Of a DNA stretch of 64,000 nucleotides, positions 48,171 to 59,899 are shown one piece after another (position 1 is the first letter of the stretch; each line of letters begins with the position of its first letter). This DNA is from Moniliella sp. 'wahieum' (lineage: Eukaryota). Made by a program: the position numbers and the translations under genes. The stretch spans positions 1-64,000 of the forward strand of contig RSEE01000113.1 in the NCBI GenBank assembly GCA_003971905.1. The letters run 5' to 3'. The notes beneath the pieces were generated by a model, which was not told where the DNA came from, searched no databases, and was given only the letters and a program-made list of their open reading frames with translations.

Positions 48171-50758
48171 TCCCACCAACCAACCTCTCTTCTCTATATA
48201 CTAGACGTAGTAACTCCTACCCCGGGTGACATGTGACTGTTGACCGAGGCGGTCCAATTCTCCCATCCTTACCGGTCCATTCATTTCCGCCTTCCTCCTG
48301 CCCTTCTGTACCCACCACTGCATGGTGACTCACGCGCTCACGGTGGGAGAAAGAGAGGGAAGGCCGGGGGGTTGATCGATGATCGATGATGACAGGACGA
48401 GCCAAGTCTCCCCTTTTCTCTCCTTTTCTCTCTGCAAGATACCCAAGATTTCCACAATTTCGATTTTCACCATCCAGAGGGGGGTTGACGCTCAGCCTGA
48501 GCTCGAAGTTCCAAGCTCCAAGCCCGCGCGGCCTGATAGTCGTTCGAGTCGCCCTGCCTTCCTCTCGCGGATGTCTTCCTGCTGCACTAGAAAGTACCGT
48601 ATCGTATCGTATAGGGGATAGATGAACTGAGATCCCCGACCCCACTCACACGGACCTTGATGATCTAATGTCCGCTTTTGATCCCCCGTCTCAGGATCTC
48701 AGGTCTCATTTCCAACTGTGCCATGTCCCTGGTGAATTGGGCTGACAAAGTGGGACAGAGGCGGGTACATATATATCTTTCCTAGTGCTCTTCTTCATAT
48801 GGGAATGAAGTAATCCGGTTCAGCAACGTACATGGGCACAAACGGAAGCCGCACAGGCGGGAAAAGCGAGCCGGGTAAGCTCGGCGTTTCTTATTTGTCC
48901 CTATTGCCCTGAAAGTGGAAAATCCAATGGGTAATGGATCAATACAAAAGACAAACAAAAGGACATATGGGATATGAAAGTGTACTCAGTCTGGTCCGTG
49001 ATCAATCGATCACGAAACCAAACCTGAAAGGATCGAGAGACCAATGAAGAATAGCGATTCAACTAGAGGGCAGTCCAAAAGAAAAAGATCTGCAGCTCTC
49101 TGTGTACTACGATGCGAGGCGTTGCAGGCTTCTGGGAGGAAAATTCCCTCCTCGCCAAGGTCAAGTGGAGGGTTTTCACACGACCAACGGTTTTGCAGAT
49201 CCAATGGGCCCGGATTGCCTGTAGCATGGAAGTTGTAGAGAGCGGTCGCTATAAATACTCAAGCTCGTTGAGGCCCTTACCTCACGATTACATTCACAGA
49301 AAGTACATACATGTGCGTGTAGCTAGCAATAGCTGCGCAAAGCGGGGGGCCAGGGGCGTAGAAAATGCCAGGGTTTGGCACGGACGAGTAAGTACTTCTA
49401 GTAGGGGATATGTGCTTCGTTGTGGGTAGTATGCCAGTGGATGGTTCCTTGCATCATGAAGAGTGTGGCAGAAGGAATTGAAAAGAAGGGGGAACCGGAG
49501 ACGATAGGCTTCTTGGCCCGCTTTTGACCATAGCAATCATTAATCACAGTCCAGAAAATAAAACTAGAGTGTCCTGGCGGCCGTACAGCGTTTTGGGGGG
49601 GGGACTGAGGTTGAAGAGAGGTGGCATGGGAGAGTAGGACTGAGTCCATAGTATATGGCAAGCCAAGTAAGATCTGAGAAGGGCAGATGGGGCAATAAAA
49701 CGATGTGATGTCATTGGGTGCGATGGTTGTGAATTGAAGGCGAAACCCGCCGGCTCCGCTTTGTGTTGTCGATTGATAGCAAAACTTCCTTCGACTGCCC
49801 CCGTCTGCCTCAGTCCGTTTGGCTTCATGGATTCCAGCCAGTGAGCGCTGAGCTACTCACCTGCTCTTTGTGCTCACCCAACGGACCCCAACACGTATAT
49901 ATAAAGCAGACTATGGATTATGGATTCCCAGCATCTATAAACCGTGATGGGTTATCATTGTTACTTTTGATAGTCCACAGATGTTGGTGTGTGAACCGCC
50001 TGTCGTGTCATGATGTCCATGACGCCATCAACGATCAGGGAAAGTCTTTTCCCGGAAAAGCCAGTAAGGCCTAGTCCCAGATATCCGGCTGAGGAATGCA
50101 TGCAGCGAGGTGGACAATGGAGAAACAACGTATAAAAACGGGTTGGCTGTGGGAAGAGAATTTTGTAACAGAGAATGTATATAGCCGTGTGCACCGCCCC
50201 CACCCTTATTGTCAACGCGCCCCCCCACCATGAACGTTGAACCCCGTCTCTATTCTTTCGGGCCGGGGCATCCAAGGTACTGACCATCTAGCTTTGGGTT
50301 GCTTCGGACGGGGGGTCTCGCGAAGGGCGTTCTATCGGCAGACTGCGTCCGACAGGGAGAACCCTTTCGCCCCGTTCTTTATCTCCTGCGAGAACCCGTT
50401 TTTCGCCCCGTTCTTTACTTCCATTGCTTCCCAGCCAGCTTTGGAGAAGGTGACAGACAGAGCTAAGCCCAGGGTACTTTCTATACTTGATCGACCTGAA
50501 TTAGTACCCAGTCCTTCCTCGCCTTTTTACGACCTTTGACTTCTCTGACAGAAGGCAGAAGCGTCACCACCCGTGCAGCGGAGATATTATAACTGAAAAG
50601 TCACGTCGTTCCTTCCCCTCAACCTGCGCAATGGTGTTGAACGGGACCCGGATCAGATTCAAAGGAGGGACTCGTCATCATCCCAGGTACGTGCGCGGGA
50701 GATGAGGATTATGGCCGGTCGTGCCAGGCTTGGGAATAACAAGGTGCGCGAAAAGTCA

Positions 50759-50800
50759 GCCAGGACATGCCAGGACATGCCAGGACATGCCAGGACATGC
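50759..50800. repeat. 10-bp tandem repeat (GCCAGGACAT)4
   Basis: caggacatgc x4 read directly. Confidence 0.9.
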
Positions 50801-52202
50801 CCGAGGTTGATTGTATAGTACTCTCCCCGGGAGGCTGTTACAATGGCGGTACTGCATTCAAAATCAAGCTGCGCCATCTGCTTTGCTCCAAGCAGATGGA
50901 GGCTCAGTTGGATGATGTGCTCCACGAGATTGATGCCTTCATCTGACAGAAGTTCAGACGGATCCGGGGCGAGGAGGTCCCCCATCATCAAGATACGAAA
51001 AACGATCACCTCGACATGATCATGAGCCTGTCTCTCCGGAAAGGAGGATGCGGCGGCCCGCTTTACTCGTATATAGTTGCGCCCCACGCACGTGCTGCAG
51101 CCAACGAGGTCAAGAACGATCTCATTATCACTTCGTTGACTCCTCGGAAGTACCCAACGAAGGCAATTACGATGCAGCTCAAGCCTGGGAGATGTGGGAA
51201 GAGAAGAGAGCCAACTGGAACTGCTCAAGAAACTCGACGATGCCAATCAATGTGTTCAAGCACAGCCATGCGCTCAACTACACTTGGTTCTCCTATAAAT
51301 TCCATAAACAGCGTGCCTGCGGCTCACTGACAAGTATAGGTTCAGTTGGTATCCAGGCGGAGCTCGGCACGCTGTGCCGCTCCACGGAATGGCTCTCAAA
51401 GGTGCACGGAGCCAGTAGGAAAATGTTCCCTAAGAATTAACAGTAGGAACAACCAAACACGAAGATGGCCCACAGTATAATGTGGGCAGGGTTTCCGTCC
51501 TCAGCAAGAACACAAAATGCATGAGGAGAGAATCTCACAAAAGGCAAACGAGGCACCCGGATCAGGAAACGAACGTGCAGATCAGGCTACTCAACTTGAA
51601 CGAGCTCTCACTGGCGCTCAACCCCAAGACCAAAGACCAAAGATTTGAGGTAGAATAAAGTCAGTAGGAGAAGGGACACAAAGCGCACGCATGGATGTCT
51701 TCAGCCGTACGGACTGAAGGGACTGGATCTTGGTCGGCCAGATTGAAGGAAGTATGCTCTGTTTAGGCGCAACGGAGTTAAGGGTTGTTTACGCGAGCCA
51801 GCCTGCAGCATCCCCCGTAACACGGATGGTTTGGGTAGCCACGATGGATCTAGGTTTGGTTTGGTGGGGCGAGCTCTGGGATTGGGGTTAGAGAGGCAAA
51901 GAGAGCGCATAGGCTCAGCCAGGCTTGCCTGTCCGTCTTCGCCCGTAACACTGAGGCTGGTACACGAGCACCGCGACGCCTTTGGAACACCGAGAGAATA
52001 AGGAGCCGATTGGGGTGAGCAGAATGTGACAGGGACGCTCTCAACAATCCGATCGTTCCGTTCGGGCCATTCGAGACGGGTGTGGAGCTAGATATTAGGC
52101 AGAAAGTGAAGGAATTTTGAGATCAAAGCAAGGGAGGGCAAAGCTCCATTTCACATGCTGACGTTTAGCTCTTGAATCAAAGTCTGAAGATGTGGACAAT
52201 CA

Positions 52203-52302
52203 GGTCGGATGGTCTAGCTGGTCATGACGTACGCTTCACATCCTGGAGCAACAGGTCTCGTTGAGACGCGTAAGGTCCCCGGTTCGATCCCGGGTTCGAT
52301 CA
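52203..52302 (+). tRNA. tRNA-Val(CAC) with 26-nt intron (52241-52266)
   Basis: Acceptor stem GGTCGGA/TTCGATC plus discriminator A; A-box TGGTCTAGCTGG; anticodon stem TACGC/GCGTA with loop TT-CAC-A[intron]C; T arm CCCGG-TTCGATC-CCGGG. Confidence 0.92.
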
Positions 52303-52303
52303 C

Positions 52304-52310
52304 TTTTTTT
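52304..52310 (+). terminator. RNA polymerase III oligo-T terminator
   Basis: T7 run immediately after the tRNA. Confidence 0.8.
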
Positions 52311-52758
52311 ACCTTGTCTTTTTGTGGACCCCCTCCTAGCGTCAATATTCAATTCAAATAGGCCACATATGGCTGGGCTCGGGTGGGGCACTTATGATTT
52401 CTCACCTTCACATTGTGTGTATGCCGGCTGACTACCAGGGGTCAAGCTGAAGGAAGGCACGCGCTGGGCCAAGGGAAGATATATAGAGGCAATAACAAGA
52501 AATGGACGTCCTGGGCGTTGAAGCCCGTGCCAAAGTCAAAGAAAACATGGAGGTAAGCAAGAAAGCCAGCCAAGGTAGAGCAGACCGACGGGTAAACAGG
52601 CCGTCAAGGAGTCGCATCCAGAAATTAACGCCAGTGCCCAAGGGAGAGGGGCAACGAGGAGGGTAAGAGAAGTAAGGGAATAGACCTTAAAGCGGTGGGG
52701 AGGAGAGGGGGAGGGAAGGAGGGAGGGGGGAGGGGCTTCGGAGACAGCTTCCCAAAAG

Positions 52759-53560
52759 TTAGGTGGCCAAATGTTCGGCACTGTCACCAGCTTCGGGGCC
52801 TTCGGCCACATCTGCAAGCGGGGCGCAGTGTGCGGAATGTCGGTCGAGATGTCCCGGGCGGGGGAGTCAGTGGACCGGCGAGCGCCGGCGTCACGCGAGC
52901 GCGAGCGCGAGAAGGAACGGAACAGCTGTGGAGAGAGAATGTGTCAGGAATGCGATTCAGGCAGTACGGGTGAGGGTGAGGCCATAAGAGAAGAAAGAGA
53001 GAGAGAGAGAGAAGAAAAGAGGGAGGTGAGGTGAGAAGGAGGGACATACAGATCCAACGGGTCCTTCCTTACGTCCGCGCTCAAGACTAGGTCCGCGTCC
53101 ACGCTCGAGGCTGCCGGAACCTTCATGGTGGAGGTTGCCTCGCCCACCACGGCCCGAGGGAGCGTAGTGCTGCGAGCTAGCTTCGGTGCGCTTGTACTCC
53201 TCCTGCAGCTCTTGCTCGTGCAGTTCATCCTGCACGATGCGCGCCCGGTCCGCCGGGTCGCGCGAGGGAGAACGGACGTTGCCCACGCCGCCGCGGCCGG
53301 AGGAAACGACGGCGGGCGGGTGGTCGGATGCATACTGCTGCGCCGCTGTCACGTCGGCAGTGGACACAGAGGAGCTGTGCGAAGAGGATCGGATCTGGGG
53401 GGGGGAGTCAGTGCTCTGCCCTACCCTTCTTTGCCTGGGCTCGGCAGCCGGTGAGAAAGAGGATAGGGGACGTACGTTGCCAGCGCCGCCGCGGCCAGTA
53501 GCGACCGGGCGGCCGCGGGGCTCATCCTCCAGGGTGGTGGGAGCCGAGGCCGAGGACCAT
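52759..53560 (-). CDS. DUF3602-like protein with repeated (S/T)GRGGxGN motifs
   Basis: ATGRGGAGN, SSGRGGVGN and PSGRGGRGN motifs. Introns 53395-53475 (GTACGT..CTGAC..CAG) and 52926-53049 (GTATGT..CTGAC..CAG). Ends approximate because of indels. Confidence 0.75.
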
Positions 53561-54637
53561 GGTGGGGGTAGGGTGGGGGGCAGGCGGGGGGGGGGGGATG
53601 GTGGTGGAGAGAACGCAGCCGTCTGAGATGGCGAGGTGCAGGGGAGCCGATGCACCGAGCCAGGCACAATCAGGAGAGACTGCCCCGGTGCGAGCGAGAG
53701 CCATCTCCGTGCGCCCAGGGCAAGTGGCTGGACTAGTACGCCTCCTGTTTTAGACGAGCACCGGGGTAAGCGTATTGAAACGGAGCGGGCGTCTGCTGGG
53801 CTTGGCTGGGCCTGGCAGGCACGGGCGAGCAATCTTACTCCACTCAGTACTCAGTAACGGGCGACTGGTCTGGATCGGAGTCCACGACGCGCTTATCTGG
53901 GCGAGCATCCCTCCACTCTGGCGCTGTGCAAGCCCCGACGGCCTGCTTGCCTTCCGCCCGGCGGCTTGGCACGCACGATAAGCGCATCCACATTCCTCTT
54001 CGGAGCTTGTCCTCGTCTGTCCCCACCAATCGCTAGGGTTGGTGCACCATGTCCGCACGGTGATACGCTGATGCATGATGCATGATGCTTCTTCACATTT
54101 CACATTTCATTAACGTTCGTCATCCATCATCGCATCCCCAATCATCGATCGTCGATCGACCATCGTCCATCGGCCACTCGACGTCTCTCTGCTCTCCAAG
54201 TTGCGTCGCATGGCTGTGCGAGCTTCTTCTATACACGCTCCAAGGCAAGCAGACGCCAGGCCCTACCTGATCCACGGGGTGCCTTTTGCAGCGTGCATCC
54301 TGCCCACTTGTTCAGCGCACCCCCATTGCCCAGAGCGCAAGATCCACAATCTCCCATGGCAGCACCCATGTACGTCCACCCATCCGTCCATTCCAGCACT
54401 CCATCTCCACCCTGGCTGTCCACAAACTACATCTATGGTCCGCCGGCAGCCTGAGGCAGGCACATGGCCCCGAGTAAAGGGGGACACGATCCCAGAGTAG
54501 ATTTTTTCAAGGGCACAAAACCCCAGCCAACCCTCAGAGGAGCAGGTACCGGATTGAGGGGGGGGGCGGGCATCCTCGCGGCGGCGAAGACCCTGAATCC
54601 TGATCTCCAGCCATGAGGATACAAGCTATATGGCTCT

Positions 54638-55093
54638 TTAAGCAACGAGGGTCGAAGCGGTAGCCGACTCGTACTTGAAAGTAGGCGGCACGGCACCCTT
54701 GGCCTTGTAGTACCGGGTGAGACGGTGGATGCGCGACTCGATGAGAATCAAGCGGAACTTCGAGTCCATGTCCTTACGGTTACGCTCGAGGTGCTTGCGC
54801 ACCGACACGGCCTCTTGATGAGGTGGTAGAGGTCCTCGGGGATCTGGGGCGCCAGGCCTTCCGACTTGAGAATACGCAGGATCTTGTTACCGGTAACAAA
54901 GCGGACCTGGGCAATGCCCTGCGCAGTCACGCAGCTGCACACCAATCTGCGACGGGGTAAGACCCTTACGCGCCAACTTGAAGATCTGGTTCGCGACTTC
55001 CTCCGGGGTGGCCTTGAGCCACGAGGGGGGCGAGCGCCTGTAAGGCAGCGCCGAGGACGAAATGCCCTTACCCTTACCGTACATACGACCCAT
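54638..55093 (-). CDS. RPS13: 40S ribosomal protein S13 (uS15)
   Basis: [99 protein letters not shown]. Indels at ~54926 and ~54813. 5'UTR intron 55099-55187. Confidence 0.97.
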
Positions 55094-55303
55094 GGTGCCT
55101 GTTCACGCACTTCACGTCAGCTTTCCTGGGACAATTTGGGTGGAGGGGAGCAAGAGCCCAGCCCCGCGTGGAAGTGTTGGTACGCACCTGGTTAGTCTTG
55201 TGTGGCGTCAACGGTGGTGAGTTGGCGATGGGAGCGGCAGCAGCCGTGCTGCGCTGAATCCAGCCCAAGGCGCATCTGGCTGCGTGAGGGCCGCTGGGCA
55301 TAG

Positions 55304-55316
55304 TAGGGTTAGGGTT
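55304..55316. promoter_or_regulatory. Telo-box (TAGGGTTAGGGTT) in the RPS13/RPS6 divergent promoter
   Basis: Two telomere-like units midway between the divergent ribosomal protein genes. Tbf1-type Myb factors bind such sites at ribosomal protein genes in several fungi. Confidence 0.6.
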
Positions 55317-55502
55317 CGAGCGCGGCTGCGGCAAGTGAGAAGTGCGTGGGGTGAAGAAGACTGGCGTGGTGCGAGGGTTGGAAAAAGAAATTCAGAGCAA
55401 GACTCGCCCCGTGCTGGGTCAAGCCCACTGGCTGGCTAGCGCCACGCTCGACTTTCTTCGTCCGCGTTGCCTGCCCATCCGCGCTACTTCACCGCCACCA
55501 AG

Positions 55503-56233
55503 ATGAAGCTCAACTTTGCCAACCCCGCTACCGGGGCTCAGAAGAGCTTTGAGATCGACGATGACCGCAAGACGCGTATCTTCTGGGAGAAGCGTATGGG
55601 TCAGGACGTTGAGATCGACGCGCTCGGGGACGAGTTCAAGGGCTACGTTGTCCGCATTGGCGGCGGCAACGACAAGCAGGGGTTCCCCATGAAGCAGGGT
55701 GTGCTGGTTCCCCACCGTGTGCGTCTTCTGCTCAGCGAGGGCCACTCGTGCTACCGCCAGCGGCGCACGGGTGAGCGCCGGCGCAAGTCGGTCCGTGGCT
55801 GCATTGTCGCTGCCGACATTGCTGCGCTCCACCTGGTGATTGTCAAGCAGGGTGAGCAGGAGATCCCTGGCCTGACTGACGAGGCCAGCATTGTTCCCAA
55901 GCGTCTTGGTCCCAAGCGTGCCAACCACATTCGCAAGTTCTTCAACTTGACGAAGGAGGACGATGTGCGGCAGTACGTTATCCGTCGCGAGGTGGTGCCC
56001 AAGGCGGAGGGCAAGAAGCCTACACCAAGGCTCCCAAGATCCAGCGCCTGATCACCCCTGTGCGCCTGCAGCACAAGCGCCACCTCTTCTCGCTCAAGGT
56101 GCGCAAGCAGCGTGAGCAGGCTGCCCAGAAGGCCGACTACGAGAAGCTGCTCGCTTCGCGCCAGGCCGACAAGGCGGCTGCGCACCACGCTCACCGTGTG
56201 GCCGTGGCGGCTGCCAAGGCCCAGACGGCCTAA
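55503..56233 (+). CDS. RPS6: 40S ribosomal protein S6 (eS6)
   Basis: [82 protein letters not shown]; 1-nt deletion at ~56019 before [13 protein letters not shown]. Confidence 0.97.
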
Positions 56234-56511
56234 GCTCCGTCGGGGGTTGTTTCGCCACCTGTTAGCACGCTGTTCGCAGCCTGGAGGATGAGCGCACAAG
56301 TTCGATTCGTCCAAATGGGGTGGCAGCTGGGTTTGTTGCGGTGCTGTACGTGGGCGATGCCCTATCAAAATCAGGCACTTGTATGCTATGCAATTCCTCT
56401 TCGTAGGGCTACCAGATTACAGGATGAAAGTGGGAGGTGGGTGAGAAGTGAGAAAAAGTGAGGTAATCTGGATTTGAGTGAGATGCGAAAAAAAGGTAGT
56501 GCGTCACCGAA

Positions 56512-58182
56512 CTACTCGTCCTCAGAGTCGAAGTGAGCATCAATCTCTTCCGGGTCAATTTCATCGGGGTCAAACCCATCTTCTCCTCTTGCCATGCCAC
56601 CCGTCCTCCTGTTGGACATAGCCCTCGTCATCGACATCCAGAGTGTAGCCACCATTTCGATCACTTCTTCAGCGCGTTCCAACTGCTCCTCCAGTGCTTC
56701 TTCATCCCAGTCCTCGTCTTCCACCACGATTTGCACCACCCCACTGGCAACAACCACCACACCAACCCCAACACCGTACCGCCTAGCCAAAATTTGCGGC
56801 GCCGTGCAATCGATCGCGCTTCATCCGTTCGCTCTGCTGTTGTTTGGGGAGCAGGCGTTTTTTCTCTCCCCGTCCAAAGCCCGGCAAGAAAGAGAAGGTG
56901 GCGCGAACTGTCTCCAGAGTCCCGCGCAGCACGAGGTGGGCCAGCTGTGCGGCCCCCGCCTCTGGAGAGAGTTGTGCGTCAGAGGGCGTGGCCGCCAAGG
57001 AGGATGAAGGAATCTCAACATGCGTAGGGCAATAGGCTTCACGCCAGTGATCTCCCTCGTCTACCGTCCAGAGCTGGGCCTGGACAGTACGCACCACTGT
57101 GAGAACAGGTCGCAGCTCAGGGCGGCGCAGCAGATTGTCAAAGTAGGAAATGGGCTCGGGTTCTTGTTCAGATGGGACGGTGCCGCACAGGACCTGTTCG
57201 CTGAGCAAAGGGGCAAGCAGTGCGTGCAGTTGCAAGTCGGTTGCTGTACAGGTAGGAGGGAGTGCAGGTACCCCGTCTGGCTTCCCTGGTAAAAAGCCGC
57301 AATGGTCCGTAGCACACCTTGTGCTCGTTCTTCCACCTTTGGAACAACAGGGTCAGTGCTGAGTGCAGGACAGGGCAAGGCAAGACAAGAGACAAGACGA
57401 TACGAGACAAGACAAGAACGCACCTTTGCCTGTTGGAATCGGTGCGAGGTGGTAGAGGTGTGGGTGGCATCCATGCCTGGCTGGGAGGTAGCACTCGCTG
57501 CGGCAGGCGAGGAGGCAAACACGTGCTTCCGCTGCCGAAGGAGGGAGGGGGACTGGAGCAGCTGCGGCAGCAGCGGTCCGCGCAGCTACCGTTTCCTCAT
57601 CTGGGGAAGGGAGTGAGGCCAAGACGAGGGCAGGTGAAAGGAGAGTGCGCAGACGGATCACCTCATTAACGGCGGCAGCTTGTCGTGCGCGGCGTGAGAG
57701 CCATCCCTGTGCACCTGGAGCGGGGCGGGGTTGTGGTGAGCTTGTAAGCGATCTGGTACGCAGGGAGAACACGTTCATTGAATGTTTCGGGGATGGCGTA
57801 GAGGGCGTGCTGGGTGAGGGGCGCGAGCTGGCGCTGGAGTAGGCGCGCAAGGCGAGGTCGGGGGGCAGAGGCGCAGCCAGGCAGGGAGCAAGCAGGTCGT
57901 AGATGGCCCCGATGCCGCAGACAGAGTGGAGCGACGGTTGGAGCGGAGTAAGGGCGCTGCCGTGCGGTCTTCTCGTGGCAGAGCGGCGGAGCTGGCGAGG
58001 TGCCAGGTGATTGCGCCGCCGCGAGGGAAGGCAGCGGCCAGGAGCGAGGCGGCCAGCAGGCTGTCCGGGTCGACCGACACGAGCCAGGGGGCGACGTCCT
58101 GCGGGACGTCCTCCGCGGCAGGTTCGGGGATAAACGCGCGCAGGAAGAGCGTCAGCACTTCCTTCTCGTCGCTGGCGGCCAT
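56512..58182 (-). CDS. Metaxin/Sam37-like mitochondrial outer-membrane protein (tentative)
   Basis: N-terminal SVDPDSLLAASLL (cf. metaxin S.DP.CLA), a GST-C-like helix LHALLAPLL..LLRRPELRPV, and a C-terminal hydrophobic anchor YGVGVGVVVVASGVVQI followed by an acidic tail. Intron 57337-57423. Several indels. Confidence 0.55.
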
Positions 58183-58457
58183 GGCGAGGGAGGGTGGGCC
58201 GTCAAGAAGGCGGGTTTAGCAGGGCGATGAGGTCACTGGTGCAACCTGCGTTCGCCACGGCTGGACGGCAGGCCGTCTCCGAAGGAAATTGCCAATTCCG
58301 CCCGGCCACACCGATGAACGTCAACCGGCCGGCCCCGCGACCGGCCTACCACCATCCGTCCCACTACCCACCCAGCCGCACGACCACCCCCACCGCCCGC
58401 CCTCGCCCCCCTGCCCTCCACTGCGCCTCCCCAGCTCTCACAGCGTTGCCACACAGC

Positions 58458-59767
58458 ATGCGGGGCCTCTCTCTCCTCATCTCCCTTATGCTGGCGAGCG
58501 GGATTGCCAACAGTCTGCTGATGAAGGCGCAAGACAAGGTCTGTGTGCGCAACTGCCAAGACCCTGATCCTCGCACCCACGTCGAGTATGCCCAGCCAGT
58601 GTGGCAGACGCTCATTATGTTCCTCGGAGAATCGCTCTGTCTCCTTCCCATCTTGCCCAAATTGTGCGCAGCAAACTCCAGCGCTCCCGTCCCATCTCCC
58701 TCGGCAGCGATGACGTGCCGCCTACGCCGGCATTGGAGACAGCCGATCCGCTCGAACCACCAAAGGAAGAACCTCTTCTCCATGGCCGCGCTATGGCCCG
58801 CTTCTTCCTTCCGGCGATGTGTGATATTATTGGCACAACACTTATGAATGTTGGTCTCATCCTAACACCCGTCAGCATTTATCAGTACGTTGGCGCACTC
58901 TACTTTTCCCGGCTGGACAGGATGTGCTAACTGGTAACAGAATGACCCGTGGCGCCCTTGTGCTCTGGGTGGGAGTGTTTAGCGTCATCTTTCTTCGCAG
59001 GCACTTGCTCTTGTTCCAGTGGCTCTGTCTTGCGCTTGTCATGCTGGGGGTGGGCATTGTAGGGCTGAGTGGATCGCTCCCGCAACCAGTACAGCAACTG
59101 ATGGTCCAGGAAGACGAGCTACCCGACTTGGCCCGGTCGCTTCTCGGTGTCCTCTTGATCCTCTTTGCCCAGATCTTTACCGCATCCCAATTCGTCCTGG
59201 AGGAGAAAATCATGGAGCAGCACACGATCGAGCCCCTGGTGGCCGTCGGGTCCGAGGGTATTCGGTAGCTGCACCCTCTTACTTGCCCTGGTCCTTGCGC
59301 ATGTTATCTATGGTTCTACCCCTGCCGGAAGGGGGGGGATGTTCGACATGCAGACCGGATGGGAAGAGTTGGCCTACACCCCAGCGAGGTGGTATGCAAT
59401 CGCGATCGCCATCTCCATTGCGCTCTTTAATGCGTTTGGACTAAACGTCACTCGTGCCATCTCGGCCGCGGCACGGTCCACGATTGATACCTGCCGTACG
59501 CTGGGCATTTGGTTTGTGAGTCTCCTTCTCGGTTGGGAACAGCTTCATCTGCTTCAAGGCTCTCTCCAAGCCGTTGGGTTCGCCTGCCTTGTCACCGGCA
59601 CCATGATTTTCAACGGTATCTGGAAACCCCCCAAGTTCCTTCGCCCCACGCCCCCGCGTCGTTCTCGTCGCCAAGGCCGTACTCGCTCCCGATCCCGATC
59701 CCGATCGCGCTCTCGCTCTCGAGCTCGTACCGAGCCTTCGGAGCCGTCGCAGACCCCAGCCGCCTGA
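58458..59767 (+). CDS. SLC35F6-like DMT-superfamily transporter
   Basis: MLASGIANSLLMKAQDKVCV..YAQPVWQTLIMFLGESLCL; PAMCDIIGTTLMNVGL..SIYQ|MTRGALVLWVG (intron 58885-58940); AQIFTASQFVLEEK; SIALFNAFGLNVTRAISAAARSTIDTCRT; RS-rich tail. Confidence 0.9.
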
Positions 59768-59899
59768 GCCTAGTAGTTTCCCCTCCTGTCGAGTTCATCA
59801 TTCTTCTTTCTCAATTGACCAAGTGGTCTTCAGGTAGTGTGAAACGATTCAGAAATGCAGCCATTGAACGGTGGGAAGATCATGCACATGGCGAAGTAC

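Noticed and set aside
37718..48741. Shared 13-mer CTGGTGAATTGGG at 37718 and 48729 as element termini
   Set aside because: Matches of this length are expected by chance in 64 kb, and the similarity does not extend.
50759..50802. GGACATGCC(C) repeats resembling p53 response elements
   Set aside because: Fungi lack p53, and a simple 10-bp tandem repeat explains the pattern.
4427..59767. Frameshifts in most genes read as pseudogenisation or programmed frameshifting
   Set aside because: They also hit RPS6, RPS13 and SEC2, are single-base, often lie in short homopolymers, and are not accompanied by amino-acid decay. Sequencing error is the simplest explanation.
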